Source: an uncultured Actinomycetales bacterium
GTDB taxonomy: Bacteria > Actinomycetota > Actinomycetes > S36-B12
DNA length: 64,000 nucleotides
Direction: 5' to 3'
Assembly (NCBI GenBank): GCA_913063435.1
Contig: CAJXYI010000004.1
Span: 3 to 64,002, forward strand
Shown here: one piece after another, positions 38,566-48,202 of the stretch
Numbering within the stretch: the stretch's first letter is position 1
Layout: every line of letters starts with the position of its first letter
Position numbers and translations under genes: made by a program
The notes under the pieces: model-generated
The model's input: only the letters and a program-made list of their open reading frames with translations
What the model was told of the DNA's origin: nothing
Databases searched by the model: none

Positions 38566-40205
38566 CCCGCGCGAGCCTGCCCCCAACGCTGCCTCGTCGC
38601 TTTCTTCTGACGGGCGGTCATGTGTATTCGCCTGTGGACCCCTTCGCGACAGCGATGATGGTCATCGATGGAGAGATCGCTTGGATCGGATCCGATGCCG
38701 GTGCCCTCGTCCACCAGGATTCCGTGGAAACCGTCATCGACCTTCGAGATTGCCTGATGACTCCCGCGTTCGTCGATGCGCATGTACACGCCACGGCAAC
38801 AGGGCTAGGCATCATCGGACTCGACCTGTCCCAGGCCACCAGCTGTCGCCAGCTGCTCAATGACTTGCGAGATTACTGCGCGAACCTCGACCGCTCAGCG
38901 GTGGTGTGGGGTCATGGCTGGGATGATTCACGATGGCCGGATGACCCACCGACGCGAATGCAGATCGATGAAGCTTCCGGAGGTCGTATTGCCTATCTCA
39001 GCCGCATCGATGTGCACTCCGGGCTCGTTTCATCGGAACTGCTGCATCGATGTTCGGGTATCGAAGGTGTTCGGGGATTCGACGCTGTCGGCCCACTGCG
39101 AATGGACGCGCATCTCAAAGCCCGCACCTACGCCTTCGACGCACTCCACCCCACACAGCGACGGAACGCTCAAATCGCGGCACTGCGCGAAGCCGCAGCA
39201 CACGGAATCGCATCCGTACATGAAATGGCCGGACCGGGAATCAGCAGTGCGGAGGATCTGCAGTCTCTGATCGCCCTCGACTCCGATCCGACGCAGCCGG
39301 AGGTCGTCGGCTACTGGGGTGCGCTCCAGGCTATCGACGAGGCCCGCGCACTCGGCGCCATCGGCTGCGCCGGCGACCTTTTCGTCGATGGTTCGATCGG
39401 CTCGCACACCGCCTGCCTACGCATGCCCTATGCCGACGACTCCACGACCTCCGGGGTGTCGTATCTGACTGCGGACCAGGTCGCAGCGCACGTCGTCGAG
39501 TGCACGCAGGCCGGATTGCAGGCCGGTTTCCACGTCATCGGCGACGCAGCCATGGATATCGTGTGCGGTGGCATTGTCGAAGCAGGTTCGATCATCGGAG
39601 CAGCGACACTCCGCCGTGCCGGTCATCGACTCGAACATACCGAAATGATGGATGAGGCCCATCTGAGACTTCTCGCCGAGTTCAACATCACCGCGAGTAT
39701 GCAGCCGGCATTCGATGCCGCCTGGGGCGGGGATGAGGGTATGTACGCGAAGCGCCTCGGGCCCGAGCGTGCGTCGCATCTCAACCCCTTCGCAGCAGCC
39801 GTCACTGCCGGGGTCCCGTTAGCCTTCGGATCGGACTCGCCGGTCACGCCACTGCGCCCCTGGGAGGCGGTGCGTGCCGCTGCCTTCCATCGCACACCCG
39901 AGCACCGGATCAGCACGCGCGCAGCATTCCTCGCCCACACACGCGGGGGACGACGTGCTGCTCGCCACGACGCGATCGAGCCGGGAGTGCTGCGAGAAGG
40001 CGCACCGGCGACCTTCGTTGTCTGGCAAGCGGGTGATCTCGTGGTCAGCGCACCCGATGACCGGATCGCTTCCTGGAGTACCGACCCGCGGTCGGGGACA
40101 CCCGGGCTTCCGGATCTACACGGCGATAGCCCCGCACCCCTGTGCTTGCTCAACGTCCGGAGCGGAACCGTCATCCATCATGACGACGGTGTATCCGGAG
40201 GCTAG
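38562..40205 (+). CDS. amidohydrolase family protein (Amidohydro_3 / YtcJ-like)
   Basis: FVDAHVHA metal-binding motif, later HVIGD and FGSDSPV motifs. GTGA overlap with the ACAD gene. Confidence 0.75.
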   Translation: MTRASLPPTLPRRFLLTGGHVYSPVDPFATAMMVIDGEIAWIGSDAGALVHQDSVETVIDLRDCLMTPAFVDAHVHATATGLGIIGLDLSQATSCRQLLNDLRDYCANLDRSAVVWGHGWDDSRWPDDPPTRMQIDEASGGRIAYLSRIDVHSGLVSSELLHRCSGIEGVRGFDAVGPLRMDAHLKARTYAFDALHPTQRRNAQIAALREAAAHGIASVHEMAGPGISSAEDLQSLIALDSDPTQPEVVGYWGALQAIDEARALGAIGCAGDLFVDGSIGSHTACLRMPYADDSTTSGVSYLTADQVAAHVVECTQAGLQAGFHVIGDAAMDIVCGGIVEAGSIIGAATLRRAGHRLEHTEMMDEAHLRLLAEFNITASMQPAFDAAWGGDEGMYAKRLGPERASHLNPFAAAVTAGVPLAFGSDSPVTPLRPWEAVRAAAFHRTPEHRISTRAAFLAHTRGGRRAARHDAIEPGVLREGAPATFVVWQAGDLVVSAPDDRIASWSTDPRSGTPGLPDLHGDSPAPLCLLNVRSGTVIHHDDGVSGG

Positions 40206-40207
40206 CC

Positions 40208-41761
40208 GTGGCGCGATGGATCAGGTTCCTCCTCGCGGTGGTTGCCGGCGCCGCCATGGCCCTGGCGTTTCCGCCATTCGGCGCCTCGATCCTCGCGCCA
40301 CTGGCTGTGGCCGCCTTGACCTACGCCCTGTGGCAGCAATCCGCCCGGATGGGAGCGGCGCTCGCGGCTGTGGCGGGTTTGGTGTTCTTCGCGATCCTGT
40401 TGCGCTGGGTGGCGTTAGTGGGCACGGATGCCTGGTTGGCACTGTCGGCATTCTGCGCCCTGTGGTTCGCCCTGCTGGGCGCAGCCAGCGCGATGCTGTC
40501 CCGTCTGCCGGGCGCACCGGTGTGGATTGCGGCCGTCTGGGTTGCCCAGGAGGCTTTGCGCGATCGTGTTCCCCTGGGCGGCTTTCCGTGGGGTCGCCTG
40601 GCCTATGCCCAGACCGCCACCACGCTGACGCCTTGGGCATCGATCGGCGGTGCGGCCCTGGTGACCTTCGCAACCGCACTGGCGGGAACACTCCTCGTCG
40701 CCATAGTGATGAGCTGGCGATCGGGATCGCGGCGCCACGCTGCCCTGTTCGGTGCGGGCCTCGTCGTCCTCGGACTTTCCGGTCTCGCGATTCCGCGCGC
40801 TGACACCGGAGAGTCCGAATTCGGACCACCTCGCAGTGTCGCCGCCGTGATCCAAGGCGGTGCGGCAGCAACCGGTCTCGACTTCGGCGATGAACGACGC
40901 GACGTCCTGCGCCGACATGTTCAGGCAACCGAGGAGTTAGCGCAGGCGGTGGACGACGGCCGGGAGGTGCAACCTGATTTCGTGATCTGGCCGGAGAACT
41001 CCTCTGACATCGATCCGCTCATCGACGCACAAGCAGCCGAACAGATCGATCGAGCGGCGAATGCCATCGGAGTGCCGATCCTGGTCGGTGCCGTGTTGGA
41101 GGTCAGCCCGACGACTGTGGCGAATGCGGGCATCGTCTGGGATCCGCAGACCGGTCCGGGTGAGACCTACATCAAGCAACGACCGGTGCCGTTCGGAGAG
41201 TATGTGCCTTTTCGCCCTCTCCTCACCCGCATCATCGGTCGCTTCGACCAGGTTCCCCGTGACTTCATCGCAGGCGAGGGGAGCGGGGTCCTGCAGGTGG
41301 GCGATGCTCTCATCGGAGACGTGATCTGTTTCGAGGTGGCCTATGACGACGTTGTGCGCAATGCCGTTCGCGATGGCGGCCGAGCTCTTGCGGTGCAAAC
41401 GAATAACGCCACCTTCGCCGGACTCGGCCAACCGGAACAGCAGATCGCCATGTCGAGACTGCGTGCTGTGGAGACAGGACGCACGGTGCTCGTCGCCGCC
41501 ACGACCGGCATCAGCGCAATCATCGACCCGAGCGGTCGGATGGTCGACGAACTAGGCGAGGGGCAGGCTGGCTGGATGGTCTCGGAGGTGCCGCTGCGCG
41601 ATAGCTGGACGGTGGCCGTCCGGGTGGGGGAGATCCCCGAATTCCTCCTGGCTATCTCGGCATTGGCGGCCCTCGTATGGTCGGTGACAAGACACAGGCG
41701 TGCATCACGACGACCGGGTGAGCAATCCGCGCACACACCCGACGTAGGCTCGCTTCCGTGA
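40208..41761 (+). CDS. lnt: apolipoprotein N-acyltransferase
   Basis: Multi-TM N-terminal half plus a CN-hydrolase domain with VIWPENS (Glu) and DVICFEVAY (Cys). Confidence 0.85.
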   Translation: MARWIRFLLAVVAGAAMALAFPPFGASILAPLAVAALTYALWQQSARMGAALAAVAGLVFFAILLRWVALVGTDAWLALSAFCALWFALLGAASAMLSRLPGAPVWIAAVWVAQEALRDRVPLGGFPWGRLAYAQTATTLTPWASIGGAALVTFATALAGTLLVAIVMSWRSGSRRHAALFGAGLVVLGLSGLAIPRADTGESEFGPPRSVAAVIQGGAAATGLDFGDERRDVLRRHVQATEELAQAVDDGREVQPDFVIWPENSSDIDPLIDAQAAEQIDRAANAIGVPILVGAVLEVSPTTVANAGIVWDPQTGPGETYIKQRPVPFGEYVPFRPLLTRIIGRFDQVPRDFIAGEGSGVLQVGDALIGDVICFEVAYDDVVRNAVRDGGRALAVQTNNATFAGLGQPEQQIAMSRLRAVETGRTVLVAATTGISAIIDPSGRMVDELGEGQAGWMVSEVPLRDSWTVAVRVGEIPEFLLAISALAALVWSVTRHRRASRRPGEQSAHTPDVGSLP

Positions 41762-42540
41762 CCTCGTTCTCCACGCAGCCCACGGGGGCCGGCCCTGATG
41801 GATCACACATCTGCGTGATCATCCCGACCTACAACGAACGGGAGAATCTCCCTACGGCCGTCGCGGGCGTGCGCAGATTCGCACCATACGTCGACATCCT
41901 GGTTGTCGACGACTCTTCACCCGACGGCACCGGCCAGCTCGCCGACGAAATCGCGGCAGATGATGACCAGGTCCACGTGCTTCATCGTGCGGGCAAAGAG
42001 GGACTCGGCGCTGCATACCTGGCCGGTTTCGAATGGTGTCTCCAGCGTGGCTACGACGCCGTCGTCGAGATGGATGCCGACGGTTCGCATCGTCCGGAGG
42101 ATCTCCCGCGATTGCTGGCAGGACTGGCGGACTCGGATGTCGTACTCGGATCACGCTGGATCGATGGCGGCTCGGTCGTCAACTGGCCGAGATCTCGAGA
42201 AGTCCTGTCCCGGGGCGGGAATCTGTACACCCGCTGGGCCCTGGGTGTTCCCATCGCCGACGCTACGGGCGGGTTCCGGGCGTTTCGCACCGACGTCCTC
42301 AAGTCCCTTGATCTGCACACGGTCGCATCTGCGGGCTACTGCTTCCAGGTCGATCTGGCGTGGCGGGCCTGGCAGCGTGGCTACACCGTGACCGAGATTC
42401 CCATCACATTCGTCGAGCGACAGATCGGCACGTCGAAGATGAGCCGGGGGATCGTCACCGAAGCTCTGTGGCGGGTGACGCAGTGGGGAGCGGTGCATCG
42501 TTGGAATCAGGCTCGTGCCGCACTGAGGAGTCGCAGGTGA
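41758..42540 (+). CDS. ppm1: polyprenol monophosphomannose synthase (GT2)
   Basis: VIIPTYNEREN, VVDDSSPDGT and EMDADGSH motifs. GTGA overlap with lnt. I remember the two being fused in M. tuberculosis. Confidence 0.85.
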   Translation: MTSFSTQPTGAGPDGSHICVIIPTYNERENLPTAVAGVRRFAPYVDILVVDDSSPDGTGQLADEIAADDDQVHVLHRAGKEGLGAAYLAGFEWCLQRGYDAVVEMDADGSHRPEDLPRLLAGLADSDVVLGSRWIDGGSVVNWPRSREVLSRGGNLYTRWALGVPIADATGGFRAFRTDVLKSLDLHTVASAGYCFQVDLAWRAWQRGYTVTEIPITFVERQIGTSKMSRGIVTEALWRVTQWGAVHRWNQARAALRSRR

Positions 42541-42989
42541 CTATCGGGCGGGTCGGCTGCCTGCTGCTGCTGTGGCCTTTCCTGGAGCTGTTCGTTCTGC
42601 TGTGGGCGGCATCGACCTGGGGTTGGCAGCCTGTCGTCGTCGCGGTGCTCTTGAGTTTCATGCTCGGACTGATCGTGATCCGTATCGGTGTAGCGGCAAC
42701 CGGACGATCGTGGTCACAGGCGCTGCGAACGCTTCAACAGCGCCAGGTCATCATCGATCCGGAAACCGGCAACGTCCTCGCGATCGAGTCCGGGGCCGAA
42801 TCGCCGTCCACCCCGGCGATGACGCCACCGGCGCAGACCATGCTGTTGATCCCGGCCGGGTTCGCGCTAGCTGTGCCCGGCTTCCTCAGCGATGCGGTGG
42901 GTGCCGCCATGCTGCTGCCGATCGTGCGTCGTCGCATCGCCGCCCGCTGGGCCGCCGGCCTCGGGCCTCGTCGCGACGACCGCTTCTAG
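42537..42989 (+). CDS. fxsA: FxsA family membrane protein
   Basis: GTG 42537 gives a 150-aa protein with an LLLLWPFLELFVLLW... N-terminus typical of FxsA. Confidence 0.7.
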   Translation: MTIGRVGCLLLLWPFLELFVLLWAASTWGWQPVVVAVLLSFMLGLIVIRIGVAATGRSWSQALRTLQQRQVIIDPETGNVLAIESGAESPSTPAMTPPAQTMLLIPAGFALAVPGFLSDAVGAAMLLPIVRRRIAARWAAGLGPRRDDRF

Positions 42990-43330
42990 GCGGACTTGCG
43001 GCTGCCGGAGTGCAGCAGCGCGAGGCGCTCATCGAGCAATTCCTCGAGGTCGGCGATCGTACGGCGCTCCAGCAGCATGTCCCAGTGGGTGCGGACGGGC
43101 CGCTCTGGCTTTGCCTCGGGGCGATCGAATTCACGGCGCAGCGCTTCCGCACCGCACCGGCATTCCCACAGAACCGGAATCTCCTCGGCCTCGACGGAGA
43201 ACGGAACCGACGTCACGTGCCCACGCGGGCAGTCGTAGTGCACCATGACCCGCTCGGCAGGCTCGACATGCTCGTCGGATTCGTAACTCGTCGTTCCCAG
43301 GCGGGTGCCACGCAGTGCTCCTTCAGCCAT
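42986..43330 (-). CDS. rbpA: RNA polymerase-binding protein RbpA
   Basis: MAEGALRGTRLG...YDCPRGH...WECRCG...RTHWDMLLERRT are characteristic RbpA core and sigma-interaction motifs. SD AAAGGAG lies before ATG 43330. Confidence 0.9.
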   Translation of the reverse strand: MAEGALRGTRLGTTSYESDEHVEPAERVMVHYDCPRGHVTSVPFSVEAEEIPVLWECRCGAEALRREFDRPEAKPERPVRTHWDMLLERRTIADLEELLDERLALLHSGSRKSA

Positions 43331-43586
43331 GGTCACTCCTTTTCGTCTCCGGATTCCGTGCCCAGCGGCAGGTATCCATTCCGGGTCGAGGTCCACCTGA
43401 TGTGTGGAGGGGAGTCCTCGCTTGGGATTCGGACGCGACAACGCCGCGCCCGGTTCCACCCTGGGGGATACCCGCACGGACCGACCCGCTCGACAGGGTC
43501 AAGGATCGGTCATGGACTCACATGACGACACTAACGTCCGGATAACGGATGGCAGCTGAGTGGATAAACACGATGGTGGCGACGCG

Positions 43587-44321
43587 TCAGTTCGGCCATA
43601 GACCTCGGGCGCGCAGCACCTCGCGCAAGACGGTGGGACGGTCGGTCATGAGGCCATCGACGCCCTGGTCGATCAAGGCGTGCATCGTGTCCGGGTCGTC
43701 GATCGTCCACACATGAACGTCGGCGCCCATCGTGTGGGCTGCCTCGATGAATCCCGGCTCCGCGAGCGGCATTCGCGCTATCGAGGGAGGAATGGCCACA
43801 TATCGGGCATCGAGCCGAATCCGACGGCGCAGCCGAGCCGCTGCGAGCAATCTCAGCACCTCCCGTGGCGAGGCTGACGTGGACACCGGCAGGGCTCGAC
43901 GCACCTGGCGCAAGCGGGTATGGCTGAAGGAACTGACGACCGCTCGGTTCACGCCGGCCGAGCGGGTGAGCGCATCGATCAGGGCGGGCACCGAGGCGGC
44001 CTCCTTGACGTCGACGGTGAACCTCGCACCAGGACAGGCCTCCAGGGCCTCCTCGAGCCGCAGAATCGGTTCACGGCCGTGCACGCGGGCCCGCCGGACC
44101 TCGGCCCAGGTGAGTTCTCGGATCAGCCCACTGCGGTCGGTCGTGCGATCCAAGGTGGCATCGTGATGGATGACCGCCACGCCGTCGCGCGTGCCGCGGA
44201 TATCGGTCTCGATCTCGGTGTAACCCAGGTCGACCGCATGCGTGAACGCCTCGAGTGAATTCTCCGGAGCCTCGGCACTGCCGCCGCGATGGGCGAAGGC
44301 GGCGAATCGAGTGGGCACCAC
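43587..44321 (-). CDS. glycerophosphodiester phosphodiesterase
   Basis: FAHRGGSAEAPENSLEAF and ETDIRGTRDGV GDPD motifs. Confidence 0.85.
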   Translation of the reverse strand: MVPTRFAAFAHRGGSAEAPENSLEAFTHAVDLGYTEIETDIRGTRDGVAVIHHDATLDRTTDRSGLIRELTWAEVRRARVHGREPILRLEEALEACPGARFTVDVKEAASVPALIDALTRSAGVNRAVVSSFSHTRLRQVRRALPVSTSASPREVLRLLAAARLRRRIRLDARYVAIPPSIARMPLAEPGFIEAAHTMGADVHVWTIDDPDTMHALIDQGVDGLMTDRPTVLREVLRARGLWPN

Positions 44322-44461
44322 GGTGATCAGCCTATGCTGGGCCCCCTCGTAAAACTACGCCGATAATGCACATTATGTCATTTAACGAAGATGGACCCAT
44401 CCCGTCGACTCCTCGAGCGATCCCCCGCGCTTTTGACTCGCTCCCGGCGTCCATCGTGGCC

Positions 44462-46537
44462 CTAGGGCAGCACGCGAATCTCCACAGCGGTGTCATAGAA
44501 CGTCGCTCCGGCTCCCGCATCGGTGAGTTCCTGGGAGGTGGTGTCGTTGAGGGTCCGATGATCATCGGGTCGAGCCCAGCGAAGTCCATGAGCCGCGACC
44601 GTTCCCGCAATCGTCCGGTCGGTCACCGTCGCACGTGCGATGAACGCACCGCGAGCATTGCCGACCTCCACGCGGTCGCCTTCCTCGATTCCCCGATCCG
44701 CAGCGTCATCGGGATGGATCCACACCGTCTGCTCCCCTGCTGCCTTGGAATGACGCTCCATATTGGCGAAGGAGGAGTTCATCAAACTGTGTTCCGGGGG
44801 CGTCAGCAGCGCCAATCCTCCGTGCGAGCTGGCCTGCCCGGCTTCTCGGGGCGGAAGGAAATCGGGCACCGCGGGTAAGGGCGATCCTGTTTCTGCGCTA
44901 CGTACGAGTTCGATGCGCCCCGACGGTGTCGACAGAGCACCGAGCTCACGGTGTCGGTGTCCGGGCTCACCCACACGAACCCATCCGTTGTGACGCAACT
45001 GCTGGCGTGCCTGTGCGTCCAGTCCAAGCGCGTCGAGACTCTGTTCGATCAGGTCAGTGTCGGAATCGGAGAATTCCGGATCGTCGAATCCCATCGCCTC
45101 ACCGAGTCTGCGGAAGATCTCGGTATTGGACGCTGCTTCGCCAAGTGGTTCGATCGCCGGGGTATTCAACGTCACGAAGTGATGACCGTAGGCCGTGTGC
45201 AAGTCCCAGTGCTCGAGTTGCGTCGTTGCCGGCAGGATCCAGTCGGCATATGCGGAGGTGTCCGTCGGGAACTGCTCGATCACCACGGTCAACAGGTCTT
45301 CTCGCAGCAGCCCTTCCCGCACTCGAGACGCATCCGGCGCAACGATCGCGGGATTGGAGTTGTAGACCACCATCGCCTTAATCGGCGGTCCGCCCACGGA
45401 CCCATCGGGATCGCTCAACGCATGGCCGAGACGGTTCATGTTGATCGTGCGAGTGTTGCTGGGAATCCAATCTGGATGCTGCAGCCGCCGCTTATCTGCC
45501 CTGAAGGCTCCCGAGGTCGACAACAGCGCGCCTCCCCCTCGATGAGCCCACGCACCCGTGATCGCCGGCAGGAGGCTCGCGGCGCGAACAGCGGATGCAC
45601 CGCCCGCGTGGCGCTGCATTCCATAGTTCAGTCGCAGGAGACTGGCTGGGGTTGACCCGTATTCGATCGCCAACTCGGTGATGATGCGGCTGTGGATTCC
45701 GGTGATATCACTGGCACGCTGAACGCTCCAGTTCGACTGGATCCTCTCGACCAGCGTGTTCCAGCCCACGGTATTGGCCTGCAGGAAGTCGTGATCCACG
45801 AGGTCGCGATCGATGAGTATCGACATGATTCCGAATGCGAATGCCGCATCGGTTCCCGGCCGCAGGGCAACGTGAACGTCACTCGCCCTGGCCGTTCGCG
45901 TCTCCAAGGGGTCGATGCACACGACGCGTGCACCGCGTTCGCGTGCTGACCGAATGGCCGGCCACTGGTGGGAGTTCGACGTGAGCGTGTTGGTTCCCCA
46001 CAACCAGAACAGGTCGACGTCCTCGATCTCATCGGGACCTGGACCATCCAGATCGCCGTAGACTTCAGTCCAGCCGGCGGTTCCCGCTGAAGCGCAGATC
46101 GTTCGGGCGAGCAGTGAGGCGCCGAGCCGATGGAAGAAGCGCATCGACATGGACTCGCGCTGCAGCATTCCCATCGTCCCGGCATACGAATAGGGCAGAA
46201 CCGATTCGGATCCGTATTCATCGATGATGGCTTGCAATCGACTGGCAATCCCCGTCAGTGCCTCACCCCACGACACGCGCTCGAACGACCGTTCCCCCTT
46301 AGGACCGATGCGCTTGAGCGGATGAAGGATCCGATCTGGATGGTAGGTGCGCTGCTGGTAGTTATTCACCTTCGCGCACAGGAAACCCGAGGTGATCGGG
46401 TGATCACTTGCACCACGCACAGCCACAGCGCGACCGTCGACAACCGTCGTGACCAGGGCGCAGGTGTCCGGGCAGTCATGCGGACATGCACCAAGAACCT
46501 GCATTTCAGGCGGGGTCTCAAGTCGCGTCGAAGTCAC
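44462..46537 (-). CDS. molybdopterin-dependent oxidoreductase (MopB superfamily)
   Basis: N-terminal 4Fe-4S motif CPHDCPDTCALV...C, molybdopterin-binding domains, and a C-terminal dinucleotide-binding beta-barrel. 691 aa. Confidence 0.85.
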   Translation of the reverse strand: MTSTRLETPPEMQVLGACPHDCPDTCALVTTVVDGRAVAVRGASDHPITSGFLCAKVNNYQQRTYHPDRILHPLKRIGPKGERSFERVSWGEALTGIASRLQAIIDEYGSESVLPYSYAGTMGMLQRESMSMRFFHRLGASLLARTICASAGTAGWTEVYGDLDGPGPDEIEDVDLFWLWGTNTLTSNSHQWPAIRSARERGARVVCIDPLETRTARASDVHVALRPGTDAAFAFGIMSILIDRDLVDHDFLQANTVGWNTLVERIQSNWSVQRASDITGIHSRIITELAIEYGSTPASLLRLNYGMQRHAGGASAVRAASLLPAITGAWAHRGGGALLSTSGAFRADKRRLQHPDWIPSNTRTINMNRLGHALSDPDGSVGGPPIKAMVVYNSNPAIVAPDASRVREGLLREDLLTVVIEQFPTDTSAYADWILPATTQLEHWDLHTAYGHHFVTLNTPAIEPLGEAASNTEIFRRLGEAMGFDDPEFSDSDTDLIEQSLDALGLDAQARQQLRHNGWVRVGEPGHRHRELGALSTPSGRIELVRSAETGSPLPAVPDFLPPREAGQASSHGGLALLTPPEHSLMNSSFANMERHSKAAGEQTVWIHPDDAADRGIEEGDRVEVGNARGAFIARATVTDRTIAGTVAAHGLRWARPDDHRTLNDTTSQELTDAGAGATFYDTAVEIRVLP

Positions 46538-48093
46538 AGGTTCCCACTCCTTTTGATGGTCGCCAATTGCAGGTCGAGTTCATGTTGGACTGTGCGCATC
46601 GTGGCATCAGAGATCTGTCGAGTATCCCGCCAGCGAATGAGTTCCTCCTGCTGTGCATGAATCAGCTCGGCCAGCAGTCGTAGCCGATGGCCAGAGTCAG
46701 CCATCTCGGGGGTTGCGTGTTCGGAAAGGCCGCGCAGCCTCGATTCATATGCCGACCGTAGTTCCTCGACGACACGATCGGGCAATTCCTCCCCTGTTTC
46801 AGCTGCATCCTCGGACAGATCGTCGAGTCTCTCGAGGGCCGAGGTAATCAGTGCCCTGCGCAATCGACGTTGCTCATCCGCGGTGTCATCCTCGGTCAGG
46901 TGCAAACGTCGGGACAGGACCGCCAGGGTCGGTGACAGCAACAACGTGATGACGATGACACACAGCGTGGTCGCGAGCAGCAGATTTCGATCAGGTAGCG
47001 CGCTGCCCGACTCGAGCAGGACCGGGAGGGTGAACGCGGCAAGACCTGAGACTGGACCGCGAGTGCCCGCCCAGCCGATGACGACCCACCCCCCGCGTGT
47101 TATCCCCGCATCGCGGGACACGAGGCCCATTAGGGCGACGAAGACGAAACGCGTCACGATCAACGTCAACAGCACGCCACCGACGAGCCAGGGCAGGACC
47201 GACCACTGATCTGATCGAATATTCATCAGGGTCTGCGGGAGTTCGAGTCCGATCAGGAAGAACGCCCACGCCTGCAGAACGAAGGTGATCTGCTGCCATG
47301 CCGCCAAAGACGCGGGCCGACCCCGGAATCCTGCATCGGTGCTCATTCCGTGCGCAGCGATCAAGGCCGCGACGACGACGGCGAGGATCCCCGATCCTTC
47401 AATCGCTTCAGCGATGAAATATCCGGGGAAGGGTGCGAGAAGGATGGCCGCGTTCGCCACCAGCGGATCGCGGGAGCGGCGGATGAGCCACACCAGGATC
47501 AGACCGATCACTGTGCCTACCACCACGCCGCCGATCACCGACAGCCCGAGGACCAGGGCAACCTCCGTGGCTGTCACGCTGCCAGCGGCCGCGACGACAA
47601 GTGCGACCCGAAGCAGGGTGAGTCCCGTTCCGTCATTGACCAGACTCTCGCCTTCGAGAATATGAACCACCCGATGAGGCAGCCCGGCCCTTTTCGCGAC
47701 AGCGGCTACCGAGACGGCGTCGGTGGGAGCGAGGATCGCGCCCAGAGCCAGCGCCACGGACCATGGGATGCCGGGCACGATGAGCGTCACCACGTAACCG
47801 ACGATCAACGAACCGGCCAGAACCAGGCCGATCGCCAGCAGCAGGATCGGCCGTCCCACGCGACGGAGATCCCGATAGGACGCCGACAGCGCTTCGCCGA
47901 AGACCAGCGGGGCCAGGATGATCAAGAACAGTTCGCCGGCATTGCTCGGCGCCTGCGGGCCGAACGGTGCCAGTCCGATCGCGATTCCGACGATGAGGAC
48001 GGGCAACGCGATACCCCAGCCGCGGTGCCGCGCGAATCCAGCGACCGCCAGTGCGATGACCGCCCCGGCGAGCAGTCCCTCGGTGAGCTCCAT
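46534..48093 (-). CDS. CPA1-family Na+/H+ antiporter with C-terminal cytosolic coiled region
   Basis: About 12 TM segments starting at MELTEGLLAGAVIALAV (ATG 48093). The ORF-track N-terminal extension to 48507 runs through a palindrome and into gcvP and is rejected. Confidence 0.85.
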   Translation of the reverse strand: MELTEGLLAGAVIALAVAGFARHRGWGIALPVLIVGIAIGLAPFGPQAPSNAGELFLIILAPLVFGEALSASYRDLRRVGRPILLLAIGLVLAGSLIVGYVVTLIVPGIPWSVALALGAILAPTDAVSVAAVAKRAGLPHRVVHILEGESLVNDGTGLTLLRVALVVAAAGSVTATEVALVLGLSVIGGVVVGTVIGLILVWLIRRSRDPLVANAAILLAPFPGYFIAEAIEGSGILAVVVAALIAAHGMSTDAGFRGRPASLAAWQQITFVLQAWAFFLIGLELPQTLMNIRSDQWSVLPWLVGGVLLTLIVTRFVFVALMGLVSRDAGITRGGWVVIGWAGTRGPVSGLAAFTLPVLLESGSALPDRNLLLATTLCVIVITLLLSPTLAVLSRRLHLTEDDTADEQRRLRRALITSALERLDDLSEDAAETGEELPDRVVEELRSAYESRLRGLSEHATPEMADSGHRLRLLAELIHAQQEELIRWRDTRQISDATMRTVQHELDLQLATIKRSGNL

Positions 48094-48131
48094 GGTGGGA
48101 ACGAACCTAGCCGAACCCACCCCCATTCCTA

Positions 48132-48194
48132 CGTCTGAGTTACCTGAATGGTCGCTAACTCGTCGAGTTAGCGACCATTCAGGTAACTCAGACG
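48132..48194. repeat. 63-nt perfect palindrome (31-bp arms, 1-nt centre)
   Basis: CGTCTGAGTTACCTGAATGGTCGCTAACTCG-T-CGAGTTAGCGACCATTCAGGTAACTCAGACG lies between the gcvP stop (48203) and the antiporter start (48093). It is AT-richer than its surroundings, and both strands translate it identically. Confidence 0.95.
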
Positions 48195-48202
48195 CAAGCG
48201 GT

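Noticed and set aside
39874-43525. Long alternative-frame ORFs 39874..40803, 40221..40928 and 42572..43525
   Set aside because: They overlap the amidohydrolase, lnt, fxsA and rbpA genes in other frames or on the other strand, and they have no motifs and a biased Arg/Pro composition.
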